DNA of 63,982 bases, counting the filler, from an uncultured bacterium (lineage in GTDB: Bacteria; CAZSTA01): NCBI GenBank assembly GCA_964609495.1. It is 5 parts of 5 records of this genome, joined end to end, with 100 filler letters (N's around TTAATTAATTAA, not from the genome) between each part and the next. Parts side by side here need not be neighbours in the genome. Positions count along the whole stretch, not along the records: positions 13,962 to 27,800 come from CAZSTA010000090.1; 4 more parts are not named here. One strand, written 5' to 3'. The notes beneath the pieces are model-generated. The model did no database searches and was not told the origin of the DNA. It saw only the letters and a list, made by a program, of their open reading frames with translations. Positions within the stretch are counted from its first letter, which is position 1; each line of letters opens with the position of its first letter. This document shows positions 17,740 to 27,900 of this stretch, in pieces. A program made the translations under genes and the position numbers.

Positions 17740-20394
17740 ATGATTCAGGAGCAAATTGAGTTGTCTAAAGTCTATGATCCAAAGAAGGTTGAAGGTAAGT
17801 GGTATGATTACTGGATGAAGAAGAACTACTTTCATGCCGATTTAAACTCCTCAAAGCCACCTTATGTAATAGTTATTCCTCCTCCTAATGTTACCGGTTC
17901 CTTGCATATGGGGCATGCTTTAAATAATACGATACAAGATCTCCTCATCAGATGGAGGAGGATGCAGGGCTATGAAGCGCTGTGGCTCCCAGGAATGGAT
18001 CATGCGGGGATCGCCACTCAAAATAAGGTCGAGCAGAAATTGGCTGAAGAGGGACTGACCCGCCATGATCTGGGCAGGGAGAAGTTCGTCGAGACCGCTT
18101 GGGAGTGGAAAGGTAAGTATGGGGGGCAGATACTCAACCAATTGAAGCGGTTGGGTTGCTCCTGTGATTGGTCGCGAGAGAGATTCACTATGGATGAGGG
18201 CTGCTCGAAAGCGGTGCGAGAAGCATTTGTGAGGCTATATGAAAGGGGATTGATCTATCGAGGGAAATATATGGTCAATTGGTGCCCGCGCTGTCTCACC
18301 GCTCTATCGGATATCGAGGTGGAACATAAAGAGGCTCTTGAGAAATTATATTATGTTAAATATCCGCTAAAGGATGAGGAAAGTTTCATAAGCATAGCTA
18401 CTGCCCGTCCAGAGACGATGTTGGGAGATACTGCGGTAGCTGTTAATCCCAATGATGAGCGGTATAAATCCCTAATAGGAAAGATCGCTATCCTACCCCT
18501 CGTTGGACGGGAGCTTCCCATAATAGCTGATGAATATACGGATCCCGAATTTGGAACTGGAGCGCTGAAGATAACGCCGGCGCATGATCCAAACGATTTC
18601 GAGATAGGTCAGCGGCATAAGCTGGCTGTAATCAATGTCATAGCTGAAGATGGAACTATGAATGAGGAGGCGGGAGAGAGATATAGGGGGATGAGTCGGG
18701 AGGATTGTCGTCAGAAGATAATCGAGGACCTAAAAGAAGGGGGATATTTGATCGAGATCGAGGATTATAAACATACTTTGGGATTATGTTATCGCTGTCA
18801 CACGATCCTTGAGCCTTATATTTCTGAGCAGTGGTTTGTCAGGATGAAGCCCTTAGCTGAGCCAGGGATAAAGGTAGTCAAAGAAGGAAAGGTTAAATTT
18901 ATTCCCGAGAGATGGACGAGGATATACCTGGATTGGATGGAGAATATAAAGGACTGGTGTATATCGCGCCAACTCTGGTGGGGACATCGTATTCCCGTTT
19001 GGTATTGTCGTAATTGCGGTGAGATGATAGTCGCTAGGGAGGATCAAACTGAGTGTCCCAAGTGTGGGGGAGAGGTGATTCAGGATGAGGATGTGCTTGA
19101 TACCTGGTTCTCCTCGGGATTGTGGCCCTTCTCAACCCTGGGGTGGCCGGATGATACTGAGGATCTGAAACACTTCTATCCCACCTCCACTTTGGTCACG
19201 AATTACGATATCATCCACCTCTGGGTCGCGAGGATGATAATGCTAGGTCTGGAGTTCACTGGAGATATCCCCTATAGCGATGTTTATATGCATTGTTTGA
19301 TCCAGGATGCTTTAGGGAGAAGGATGAGCAAGTCCTTGGGAACTGGAGTTGATCCCTTAGAGCTTATGGAGAAGTTTGGAACGGACGCGGTTCGTTTCAC
19401 CTTGATGTTCCTCACTGGATATTCACAGAGCATGCGACTTTGGGAGGATAGATTCGATCTCGGACGGAATTTCACCAATAAGATCTGGAATGCCTCCCGT
19501 TTCGCAATAATGAACCTTAGGGATTTCTCTCCGAGCGAAATAGACGATAATAACCTCTCTTATGAGCTAATGGATTGTTGGATATTGAGCAGATATAACC
19601 GTCTCGTAGAGGAGGTAACGGATAATTTAGACGAATATAACTTCAACCTGGCGGCTAAATCGATCTATGAATTCTTCTGGGGTGAGCTGTGCGATTGGTA
19701 TTTAGAGTTGATCAAACCTCGCCTCTATCAAAACAGCTCTTCCCGAGCCGCGGCTCAATATACTCTCTATACCGTGTTAGAAGGGACTTTAAGACTTCTA
19801 CATCCTTATATGCCCTTCCTTACCGAGGAGATTTGGCAACTCCTTCCTCATAAAGGAGAAAGTATAATGGTCTCCCCCTGGCCCGAAACGGATAAAGACG
19901 CCATCGATCCTATCTCCGAGGAGAAGATGGAATTGATCACAGATGTCATCCGAGCTATTCGCAGTCTGCGAGCGGATGTGAATATCCCCCTGGATAAGAA
20001 GGTAAATGTTTTTCTAACAACAGCGGAGGATAATTTAGAAGGGACTTTAAGTTATTACTCCTCCTATATAAAGCTTCTGGGGAAAGTTGAAGAGCTGGTC
20101 ATCGATTCCTCGTTTGTTGATGTCAAGCAAGTAGCTACTGCGGTGACGAAGGGTATTCAGATATTCATTCCCTTAGCTGGATTAATCGATATTGAGGAGG
20201 AGATGAGGCGTCTGGAGAAGGAGATCAAGGCTACTGAGAATAGCCTTGCTAGGAGCGCTGACAAATTGGAAAATGAGCAATTCTTGACTAAAGCTCCTGC
20301 CCAGGTCGTTGAGGCGGAGAGAGAGAAGCAAAGGGATCTCAAAGAAAAATTAAACAAGCTCGAAGCCACCTATGATATGCTCAAGCCAAGTTAG
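17740..20394 (+). CDS. valS: Valine--tRNA ligase
   Basis: PPPNVTGSLHMGHA, DWCISRQLWWGHRIP, RMSKS, C-terminal coiled coil. Confidence 0.98.
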   Translation: MIQEQIELSKVYDPKKVEGKWYDYWMKKNYFHADLNSSKPPYVIVIPPPNVTGSLHMGHALNNTIQDLLIRWRRMQGYEALWLPGMDHAGIATQNKVEQKLAEEGLTRHDLGREKFVETAWEWKGKYGGQILNQLKRLGCSCDWSRERFTMDEGCSKAVREAFVRLYERGLIYRGKYMVNWCPRCLTALSDIEVEHKEALEKLYYVKYPLKDEESFISIATARPETMLGDTAVAVNPNDERYKSLIGKIAILPLVGRELPIIADEYTDPEFGTGALKITPAHDPNDFEIGQRHKLAVINVIAEDGTMNEEAGERYRGMSREDCRQKIIEDLKEGGYLIEIEDYKHTLGLCYRCHTILEPYISEQWFVRMKPLAEPGIKVVKEGKVKFIPERWTRIYLDWMENIKDWCISRQLWWGHRIPVWYCRNCGEMIVAREDQTECPKCGGEVIQDEDVLDTWFSSGLWPFSTLGWPDDTEDLKHFYPTSTLVTNYDIIHLWVARMIMLGLEFTGDIPYSDVYMHCLIQDALGRRMSKSLGTGVDPLELMEKFGTDAVRFTLMFLTGYSQSMRLWEDRFDLGRNFTNKIWNASRFAIMNLRDFSPSEIDDNNLSYELMDCWILSRYNRLVEEVTDNLDEYNFNLAAKSIYEFFWGELCDWYLELIKPRLYQNSSSRAAAQYTLYTVLEGTLRLLHPYMPFLTEEIWQLLPHKGESIMVSPWPETDKDAIDPISEEKMELITDVIRAIRSLRADVNIPLDKKVNVFLTTAEDNLEGTLSYYSSYIKLLGKVEELVIDSSFVDVKQVATAVTKGIQIFIPLAGLIDIEEEMRRLEKEIKATENSLARSADKLENEQFLTKAPAQVVEAEREKQRDLKEKLNKLEATYDMLKPS

Positions 20395-20429
20395 AAGGAC
20401 AACTTTGAAAATCAGGAGTTGAAATTATC

Positions 20430-20454
20430 AGGCGGATGCGGAATCATCCGCCTT
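20430..20454 (+). terminator. Hairpin after valS
   Basis: AGGCGGATG/CATCCGCCT stem with a weak U tail. Confidence 0.5.
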
Positions 20455-20520
20455 AGATTTGTATAAAGATCATTCGCATAATTAATATAAGGAAGGATCC
20501 CTTCCCCTTTAGAAAGGAAA

Positions 20521-21969
20521 GTGGTTTATTTGAGAGAATTAACTGAATTAGCTTTGGATACGGCCCAAGCCTTGAAATCTAGCTATGCGGACATTAGAAT
20601 AGTAAGGATTGATAAGGAGGAGATAACGGTAAAGAACGGTAAAGTGGAGGCTATATCCTCGAATCAAAGCCAAGGATTTGGAATCAGGGTTATCGTTTCT
20701 GGAGCTTGGGGATTCGCCTCCTCATCGAAGTTGGATAAGGAGGAGGTCAAAGCCACCACAGCCTTAGCGGTGAAGATCGCCCAAGCCAGCGCTCAACTTA
20801 AGAAAAAGGATGTCCTGTTAACTCCTGTGGAGAAGATAGTTGATAGCTACAAGACAAGGGTGGAGATAGATCCTTTCACTATACCCTTGGGTCGGAAGGT
20901 CGATCTATTGTTGAAAGCTGATGAGCTGATGCGCAAGGAGAAGGAGATCAAGGTCTCCGAGGCAACGATGGATTTCTTCAAGGAGAAGCAGATCTTTGCC
21001 AGCACTGAGGGATCTTATATCGAACAGGAGATAATCGAAAGTGGAGCAGGAATAGTGGCTACCGCGGTGCGCGAGGGAGAATTTCAGACTCGCTCCTTTC
21101 CCAACTCCTTTCGAGGACATTTCGCCACTCGAGGTTACGAGTTTATAGAGTCGATGGATTTGGTGGAGAATGCGGAGCGAGTCGCCTCCGAGGCGAGACA
21201 ACTCCTCTATGCTGATCCTTGCCCCAGCATGACGACTACACTGATCTTAGATGGAAACCAATTGGCGTTGCAGGTCCACGAATCGATCGGACATCCGATA
21301 GAGTTGGATCGGGTATTAGGGACTGAAGCGGATTACGCTGGAGCCAGCTTCTTAACTTTAGATAAATTGAACGATCTCCAATATGGTTCTGATATAGTCA
21401 ATGTAAACGCCGATGCCACTCTGGAGGGCGGTCTAGGGAGCTTCGGATATGATGATGAAGGAGTCCCTTCTCAGAGAGTTCAGATCATAAAGGACGGCCT
21501 CTTCGTTGGGTATCTAACCTCCCGAGAGACCGCTTCAGTTCTTGATCAGACGAGTAATGGGGCTATGCGTGCTGATGGATGGAATCGCATCCCCTTGATC
21601 AGGATGACTAACATCAACCTCGAGCCAGGAGAGTGGACCTTGGAGGATATGATCGCCGATACTGATGAGGGGATATATATGGATACTAACAGGAGTTGGA
21701 GTATCGACGATAAGCGATTGAACTTCCAGTTCGGCACTGAAATAGCCTGGGAGATCAAGAATGGAAAGAGAACGAGAATGCTAAAAGATGCCAACTACAC
21801 CGGAATAACTCCGGAGTTCTGGAACTCCTGTGATGCTATAGCCAATAAGAATTATTGGGTGATCTGGGGCACTCCGAACTGCGGCAAGGGACGACCCGGA
21901 CAAGTGGCTCACGTTGGGCATGGGACATCTCCCGCGCGATTCCGCAACGTGAGGATCGGTATCAAGTAG
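20521..21969 (+). CDS. tldD: TldD family metalloprotease
   Basis: HESIGHP.ELDR, YDDEG, RMTNINL, CGKG.PGQ. Confidence 0.9.
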   Translation: MVYLRELTELALDTAQALKSSYADIRIVRIDKEEITVKNGKVEAISSNQSQGFGIRVIVSGAWGFASSSKLDKEEVKATTALAVKIAQASAQLKKKDVLLTPVEKIVDSYKTRVEIDPFTIPLGRKVDLLLKADELMRKEKEIKVSEATMDFFKEKQIFASTEGSYIEQEIIESGAGIVATAVREGEFQTRSFPNSFRGHFATRGYEFIESMDLVENAERVASEARQLLYADPCPSMTTTLILDGNQLALQVHESIGHPIELDRVLGTEADYAGASFLTLDKLNDLQYGSDIVNVNADATLEGGLGSFGYDDEGVPSQRVQIIKDGLFVGYLTSRETASVLDQTSNGAMRADGWNRIPLIRMTNINLEPGEWTLEDMIADTDEGIYMDTNRSWSIDDKRLNFQFGTEIAWEIKNGKRTRMLKDANYTGITPEFWNSCDAIANKNYWVIWGTPNCGKGRPGQVAHVGHGTSPARFRNVRIGIK

Positions 21970-22022
21970 CAGGGAAGAAAACCTGCTTCCAGTTTTCAAT
22001 TGAAAAGGAGGCTTTTTTGAGG

Positions 22023-23363
22023 ATGATAGAGAAAGATGAAGCCCTTAAAATATTGCAGATGGCTATAGATATCTCTTCCGCCGATCAAACTGAGGCGGTT
22101 CTGATAGGGGATACCTCAGCCCTAACGAGATCTTCCAATTCCTATATTCACCAGAATGTGGCGGAGAGTGACGCAGAATTACTTATACGAACTGTAATCG
22201 GTAAGAAGATAGGCAGCGCCTCCACCAACACTCTATCGGAGAAAGCGATCCGAGGGGCGGTTCAGAAAGCGATGGATATCACCAAACTTCAGCCGGATAA
22301 CCCTGATTTCGTCTCTTTACCTTCAGCCGAGGCTCCTCCTAAGGTCGATAACTTCGTAGTGGCTACTGCGGAGTGTACTCCCCAGCAGAGAGCTAAGGTT
22401 ATTGCGGATATCATAAGGAAAACGGATGAGGCTGGCTTGAGAGCCGCCGGAGCGTTTTCCACTTCTGCGGTAGTGATAGGTGTAGCTAACTCTCTCGGTG
22501 TTCAAAGTTATGACGCGATAACTAATACCTCTCTAAATATAGTGGCGATGTCCGATAATAGCTCAGGATATGTGGACTTTTATAGTAAAGATGTAAATGA
22601 TATAGATGCTGAGAAACTAGCCTCGATCTCTATAGATAAAGCTCTGCGGAGCAAAGATCCAAAGGAGATCTCCCCAGGTAAATATACGGTTATCCTAGAG
22701 GCGGATGTGGTAGTGGATATGGTAGAATTCCTAGCTTATCTAGGGCTTTCCGCCTTAGCAGTGCAAGAGAGCCGTAGCTTTATGTGTGGAAAGTTCGGAG
22801 AGAAGATCGTGGGAGAGAATATAACGATCTGGGATGATGCTTTGGATGAAAGAGTTTCAGGAGTCCCCTTCGATTTTGAGGGAGTTCCTAAACAGAAGGT
22901 AGTCTTTATCGAAAGAGGAGTAGCTAAAGAGGTAGTATATGATTCCTATACCGCTGGTCGAGAGGATGGAAAGAGATCCACCGGTCATGCGCTACCTGCT
23001 CCTAACATTTATGGGCCAATGCCCACTAATATGATTATGCAACCAGGGGATTCTACTTTAGAGGAGATGATAAAGAGTACCGAGCGAGGGATCCTCGTCA
23101 CTCGTTTCCACTATACTAATGCGGTCGATCCGATGGAAGCGGTGATCACGGGAATGACTAGGGATGGCACCTTCCTAATCGAAGAGGGAGAGATCAAAAC
23201 GGGGATAAAGAATCTGCGCTTTACTCAAAGCATTTTAGAGGCGTTTTCTAACGTGGAGATGATCACTAAAGCGACTAAGCTCTTCGGTGGTTTCTTTGGT
23301 TGCTATTGTGTGCCAGCGATAAAGGTCTCCGAGTTTAACTTCACTGGGGTTACTCAGTTCTGA
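22023..23363 (+). CDS. PmbA/TldE family protein
   Basis: Downstream of TldD. PFDFEG.PK, STGHA, TGMTRDGTF, lacks HExxxH. Start at the ATG 22023 after an AAGGAGG SD. Confidence 0.88.
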   Translation: MIEKDEALKILQMAIDISSADQTEAVLIGDTSALTRSSNSYIHQNVAESDAELLIRTVIGKKIGSASTNTLSEKAIRGAVQKAMDITKLQPDNPDFVSLPSAEAPPKVDNFVVATAECTPQQRAKVIADIIRKTDEAGLRAAGAFSTSAVVIGVANSLGVQSYDAITNTSLNIVAMSDNSSGYVDFYSKDVNDIDAEKLASISIDKALRSKDPKEISPGKYTVILEADVVVDMVEFLAYLGLSALAVQESRSFMCGKFGEKIVGENITIWDDALDERVSGVPFDFEGVPKQKVVFIERGVAKEVVYDSYTAGREDGKRSTGHALPAPNIYGPMPTNMIMQPGDSTLEEMIKSTERGILVTRFHYTNAVDPMEAVITGMTRDGTFLIEEGEIKTGIKNLRFTQSILEAFSNVEMITKATKLFGGFFGCYCVPAIKVSEFNFTGVTQF

Positions 23364-23402
23364 GGGATGTTTTATTTGAGATATTCGAGATCAAATTACG
23401 CC

Positions 23403-23537
23403 TTGAACTTCCTTTAGATCACCCTCCTCTAACCCCTCCCATCAAGGGAGGGGGAACTAAGGAGAGCAAGCTTATCTGGATATCCCCTCTCCCCTCGTGG
23501 GAGAGGGATAGGGTGAGGGGGAAATTATATCTTGAAC
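23403..23537. repeat. REP-like double-hairpin cassette (MITE core without the GTAAGCATG TIRs)
   Basis: CCCCTCCCATCAAGGGAGGGG and CCCTCTCCCCTCGTGGGAGAGGG, same internal spacer as the 12499 and 16443 copies. Confidence 0.88.
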
Positions 23538-23571
23538 CCACAATACTCAAAGAATACAGGAATATAAGGAG

Positions 23572-24534
23572 ATGAGATTTCCTATGACAGCAAAGGGGAA
23601 GCTTGATCCTCAAGCAGAGGCATATTTGCGACAGATGGAACAACAGGGAGCACCGCCTTTAAATACTTTAACACCTGCTCAAGCGCGAGAGACTATGATA
23701 AATAACTTCTCAGTACTATGCGGAACCCCCCAAGCCGTGGCGAATGTTGAAGACCTAAATATTCTCTCTCCAGCAGGACAGATTCCTGTGCGCATTTACA
23801 CCCCGCAAGGTAACAACCCATTTCCCATACTCATCTATTTCCACGGTGGCGGTTGGGTTCTTGGCAACCTCGATATTTACGAAAGTGCGTGTCGGTCTCT
23901 TGCAAACGGAGCATCTTGTGTTGTGGTTTCTGTTGACTACCGACTGGCACCAGAGCATAAATTTCCAGTAGGAGTTGAAGATGCGTACGCCGCAACCCAA
24001 TGGGTAGCAGACAACACTAATCGGATCAAGGGTGATTCAACTCGTATTGCGGTGGGTGGGGATAGTGCTGGAGGCAATTTAGCGGCAGTTGTATCCCTTA
24101 TGGCAAGAGACAGAGGTGGTCCTAACCTTGCATATCAATTGCTCGTATATCCCGTTACCGATCTTTCTTCTCTCGACACTGCTTCGTATCGTGATTATGC
24201 AGAAGGTTATGGGCTAATGAGGACTGAGATGGAGTGGTTTGGAGATCACTACCTTTCGCAGGGAGAAGATGGGAAGAATCCATACGTGTCTCCATTGCTG
24301 GCTCAGGACTTGAGTGGTCTGCCTCCTGCGCTGGTGATAACAGCCGAATTTGATGTGCTGAGAGACGAAGGAGAAGCTTACGCAAACCGATTGAAAGAAG
24401 CAGGCGTCTCGGTGAAGTGCACACGCTATAACGGTATGATCCATGGCTTTATGACCATGGATGGGGTGTTGGATCGAGCTAGAGGTGCTATAGATGAAGC
24501 CAGCGCTGAGCTACGTGCGGCTTTCCTGAAATAA
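23572..24534 (+). CDS. HSL-family (family IV) esterase/lipase, alpha/beta hydrolase_3
   Basis: HGGGW, GDSAGG, D.LRDEG, HGF. Confidence 0.93.
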   Translation: MRFPMTAKGKLDPQAEAYLRQMEQQGAPPLNTLTPAQARETMINNFSVLCGTPQAVANVEDLNILSPAGQIPVRIYTPQGNNPFPILIYFHGGGWVLGNLDIYESACRSLANGASCVVVSVDYRLAPEHKFPVGVEDAYAATQWVADNTNRIKGDSTRIAVGGDSAGGNLAAVVSLMARDRGGPNLAYQLLVYPVTDLSSLDTASYRDYAEGYGLMRTEMEWFGDHYLSQGEDGKNPYVSPLLAQDLSGLPPALVITAEFDVLRDEGEAYANRLKEAGVSVKCTRYNGMIHGFMTMDGVLDRARGAIDEASAELRAAFLK

Positions 24535-24577
24535 ATATCCCTTGAAACCGCTTAAAAGGAGAAAATAAGAAATCAAG

Positions 24578-25411
24578 ATGTCCTTTAGACTTATAGCTAT
24601 AGATTTAGATGGAACTCTATTGGATAGGGAAATGAATATGCCTCTTGCCTCTCGAGAGGCGATACGAAAAGCGACGGAAAAAGGAGTAAAGGTCATAATC
24701 GCTACAGGAAGGATGTATCGCGCTTCTCTTCCCTTCGTTAAAAAGTTAGGATTGGATACCCCCTTAATTAGCTACAATGGAGCTTTAGTCAAAGGCTCGG
24801 CCGATGGAAAGGTCCATCTTCATATCCCAGTGCCGATAGAATGTGCTAAGGCGATAATCGACTTAGCTCGAAGGAATAAACTTCATCTGAACTTCTATCA
24901 CAATGATCAGTTATATGTGGAGAGTCTAGATAAGTATGGGGAGGATTACGCTAAGCGACAAAATCTCACACCAGAGATCATTGATGATCTTATGCTTCTT
25001 CTTAATGCGGAAGGTCCTACTAAGCTTCTTATCACTTGCGATGACGCCTTAGTTGATAAATTGGCGCCCGAATTACAGGAGAAGTTCGGGAATTATCTTT
25101 ATATAGCTAAATCTTGGCCCACCTACCTGGAGATAGTCAACAAGATCGTCTCCAAGGGATACGCTCTGAAATTTATCGCTGAGATGTCCAATATAGATAG
25201 AGATGAGGTTTTAGCTATTGGAGACCATATGAACGATCTTGAGATGCTCGAATATGCTGGTGTAGGGGTAGCAGTTGCCAAGGCTCAGCCAGCCCTCAAG
25301 GAGGCGGCTGATTATATAGCCACTTCGGATAATGGGGTGGTAGAGACGATAGAAAAATTCATATTATCTGATAAGCCGAATATATCAGAGATAATGGATA
25401 AGAAACGGTAG
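24578..25411 (+). CDS. Cof-type HAD-IIB hydrolase
   Basis: DLDGTLL, ATGR, SKG.AL, GDHMNDLEM. Confidence 0.92.
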   Translation: MSFRLIAIDLDGTLLDREMNMPLASREAIRKATEKGVKVIIATGRMYRASLPFVKKLGLDTPLISYNGALVKGSADGKVHLHIPVPIECAKAIIDLARRNKLHLNFYHNDQLYVESLDKYGEDYAKRQNLTPEIIDDLMLLLNAEGPTKLLITCDDALVDKLAPELQEKFGNYLYIAKSWPTYLEIVNKIVSKGYALKFIAEMSNIDRDEVLAIGDHMNDLEMLEYAGVGVAVAKAQPALKEAADYIATSDNGVVETIEKFILSDKPNISEIMDKKR

Positions 25412-25429
25412 CTATAGAGGTGAAATTCG

Positions 25430-25735
25430 ATGTCAGCGACAGAGGAGGATATAGTCAAGATGTATAAAAAGCTCCACCGCAAGGAGTTCGAGGAAAGGGA
25501 GACTGACGAGGTTATATGCGATATTTGTGGTTATCCCACTAAACGAAAGGCGGCTAAGATATATGATTACCCTCGTCCGGGGACGATTTATTGTTACCGC
25601 TGTAGAATAAGGTATGAGATGCAAAGGGCTAGATATGATAAATGGTATGAGAATAAGCCTTATGAGAAGTGGGAAAAGAAAAAGTCTCCAGAAAAGAAGA
25701 GGAGAAAGTGGTGGGGGATCTTTAATGGGAGGTAA
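25430..25735 (+). CDS. Small basic hypothetical protein with a Zn-ribbon
   Basis: CDICG...CYRC, GAGGTG SD. Confidence 0.6.
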   Translation: MSATEEDIVKMYKKLHRKEFEERETDEVICDICGYPTKRKAAKIYDYPRPGTIYCYRCRIRYEMQRARYDKWYENKPYEKWEKKKSPEKKRRKWWGIFNGR

Positions 25736-26675
25736 AGGGCGAGTCTACATTTGGTTTCTGCTATTCGCTATCATCGTAGCTCTTTTACCCCCGTTAGTCG
25801 GAGATGTATATTATATAAATGTCTTGGTCTTCGTGGGGATACACGCAATTATCGTTTTGGGCTTGAATATGCTTATGGGATATGCTGGTCAAATATCGCT
25901 GGGGCATGCGGCTTTCTATGGACTCGGGGCTTATATCTCCGGCATTCTCTCCACTAAATATGGTCTTTATCCCTGGTTCTCCTTCGTCATAGCGGTTGTC
26001 CTTACAGGGGGATTAGCTTTCCTTATCGGTCGTCCTATTTTGAAGCTGAAGGGTCATTACTTAGCGATGGCTACCCTAGGCCTTGGTATCATAATAAACA
26101 AGATATTCATCCAAATGTCCGATCTAACCGGTGGCACTTCAGGATTGATAGGTATTCCCTATCTGACGCTAGGTAGCTTCGCTTTAGATAATGACCTCAG
26201 ATATTACTATCTCGTCTGGGGGATAGCGGTCCTCCTGCTCATACTATCTTGGAATGTCATCGATTCCCGGGTAGGACGAGCATTGCGAGCGATACACGGA
26301 AGTGAGCTAGCGGCGAGCGCTTTAGGAATAGATATCTCCAAACATAAAGTTCAGGTATTCGTCCTGAGCGCAGTATATGCCGCTTTAGCGGGAGCTCTCT
26401 ATGCTCATTTCATTACCTTCCTCAGTCCAGCTGCCTTTGACTTTCATCTTTCAATTGGACTGGTAACTATGGTTGTCATCGGGGGGATGGCGAGCATTGG
26501 AGGATCGATTTTTGGAGCTGCGGCCCTCACTATTCTTCCCCAATATCTGATGGTATTTGAGGATTATGATATCCTGATCTATGGGCTAATCCTCGTTCTC
26601 ATTATGATCTTTATGCCTCAAGGATTGACCAGAGGAGTCGTGGATCTCGTGAAAAGAAGGATAATAAAGCTTTAA
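25725..26675 (+). CDS. livM: Branched-chain amino acid ABC permease (LivM-type)
   Basis: GYAGQISLGHAAF, GHYLAMATL, SRVGRALRAI, IGGMASI.G. Likely start is the ATG at 25725. Confidence 0.88.
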   Translation: MGGKGRVYIWFLLFAIIVALLPPLVGDVYYINVLVFVGIHAIIVLGLNMLMGYAGQISLGHAAFYGLGAYISGILSTKYGLYPWFSFVIAVVLTGGLAFLIGRPILKLKGHYLAMATLGLGIIINKIFIQMSDLTGGTSGLIGIPYLTLGSFALDNDLRYYYLVWGIAVLLLILSWNVIDSRVGRALRAIHGSELAASALGIDISKHKVQVFVLSAVYAALAGALYAHFITFLSPAAFDFHLSIGLVTMVVIGGMASIGGSIFGAAALTILPQYLMVFEDYDILIYGLILVLIMIFMPQGLTRGVVDLVKRRIIKL

Positions 26676-26702
26676 TTTAACTGATTAAAAAGGTGATTAT
26701 AT

Positions 26703-27755
26703 ATGCATAAGATAGTTGATCTAAGAAGTGATACTGTTACCCTCCCTACTCCGGAGATGAGAGAGGCGATGAAGAACGCGGAGGTAGGAGATGATGTCTA
26801 TGGCGAAGATCCTACCATGCGGAGATTACAGGAGGTATCTGCGGAGAAGATCGGGAAAGAAGATGCTATATTTGTGGTATCAGGAACTATGGGGAATCAG
26901 GTTGCCTTAAAGACCCATACTCAACCGGGAGATGAGATAATTCTTGAAGAAAACGCTCACATCTATCATTACGAGGTCGCCGCAATGGCGGCTATCTCTG
27001 GGGTTCAACCCTCTCTGATAAAGGGAGATAGGGGAGTATTAGTCCCAGAGAGAATTGAGGCGGTTATACGCCCTTCTAACTATCATAGCCCGCGCACTAG
27101 GCTGGTATGTATGGAGAATACGCATAACAGAGCGGGCGGAACGGTTACCTCTCCTCAGAGGACTCAGGAGATAGTCGAAGTCGCTAAGAGACATAATCTC
27201 AAGGTTCACCTCGATGGAGCGAGGATCTTCAATGCGGCTATCTATTTAGGAGTGGATGTAAAGCAACTTACGAAGGATGCTGATTCTGTTATGTTCTGCC
27301 TCTCCAAGGGATTGGGTGCTCCGATAGGCTCGATGCTCGCTGGAAGTAAGGAGTTTATTCAAGAGGCTATGAGAGTGCGTAAGATGTTCGGTGGAGGTAT
27401 GAGGCAAGCAGGAGTCATCGCCGCCCCAGGATTAGTAGCTTTAGAGAAGATGGTCGATCGCTTAGCGGAAGATCACGAGAACGCTCGTTTCTTAGCCGAG
27501 GGATTGACTGAGATCGAGGGAATATCAATAGATATGGATACCGTCCAAACTAATATCATAATCTATGATATCTCTGGATTGGGAATCGGTGCCAGTCAGT
27601 TTATAGCAAAGTTAGGAGAACAGCAAGTAAAAGCCTCAATGTTCGGTCCTGAACTGGTGCGGCTGGTTACTCATAAAGATGTAAATAGGGAAGATGTTGA
27701 TTATGCCCTGCAAGCTGTGAGGAAAGTGGCAAAGGAAGTGCGATGTAAAAGTTAA
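26703..27755 (+). CDS. ltaE: Low-specificity L-threonine aldolase
   Basis: DLRSDTVT, SGTMGNQ, ENTHN, HLDGARIFNA, CLSKGLGAP. Confidence 0.95.
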   Translation: MHKIVDLRSDTVTLPTPEMREAMKNAEVGDDVYGEDPTMRRLQEVSAEKIGKEDAIFVVSGTMGNQVALKTHTQPGDEIILEENAHIYHYEVAAMAAISGVQPSLIKGDRGVLVPERIEAVIRPSNYHSPRTRLVCMENTHNRAGGTVTSPQRTQEIVEVAKRHNLKVHLDGARIFNAAIYLGVDVKQLTKDADSVMFCLSKGLGAPIGSMLAGSKEFIQEAMRVRKMFGGGMRQAGVIAAPGLVALEKMVDRLAEDHENARFLAEGLTEIEGISIDMDTVQTNIIIYDISGLGIGASQFIAKLGEQQVKASMFGPELVRLVTHKDVNREDVDYALQAVRKVAKEVRCKS

Positions 27756-27800
27756 TAGACTTCAGATGGTTTCCTCTCATTAATATTGCTATTTATCAAG

Positions 27801-27900
27801 NNNNNNNNNNNNNNNNNNNNNNNNNNNNNNNNNNNNNNNNNNNNTTAATTAATTAANNNNNNNNNNNNNNNNNNNNNNNNNNNNNNNNNNNNNNNNNNNN
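27801..27900. other. Artificial contig linker
   Basis: 100-nt N run containing TTAATTAATTAA. Confidence 0.97.

Noticed and set aside
21855-22022. N-terminal extensions of PmbA, and similarly of LivM (25614) and PolA (43931)
   Set aside because: They overlap upstream genes or leaders. Downstream ATGs have good SDs and match the family N-termini.
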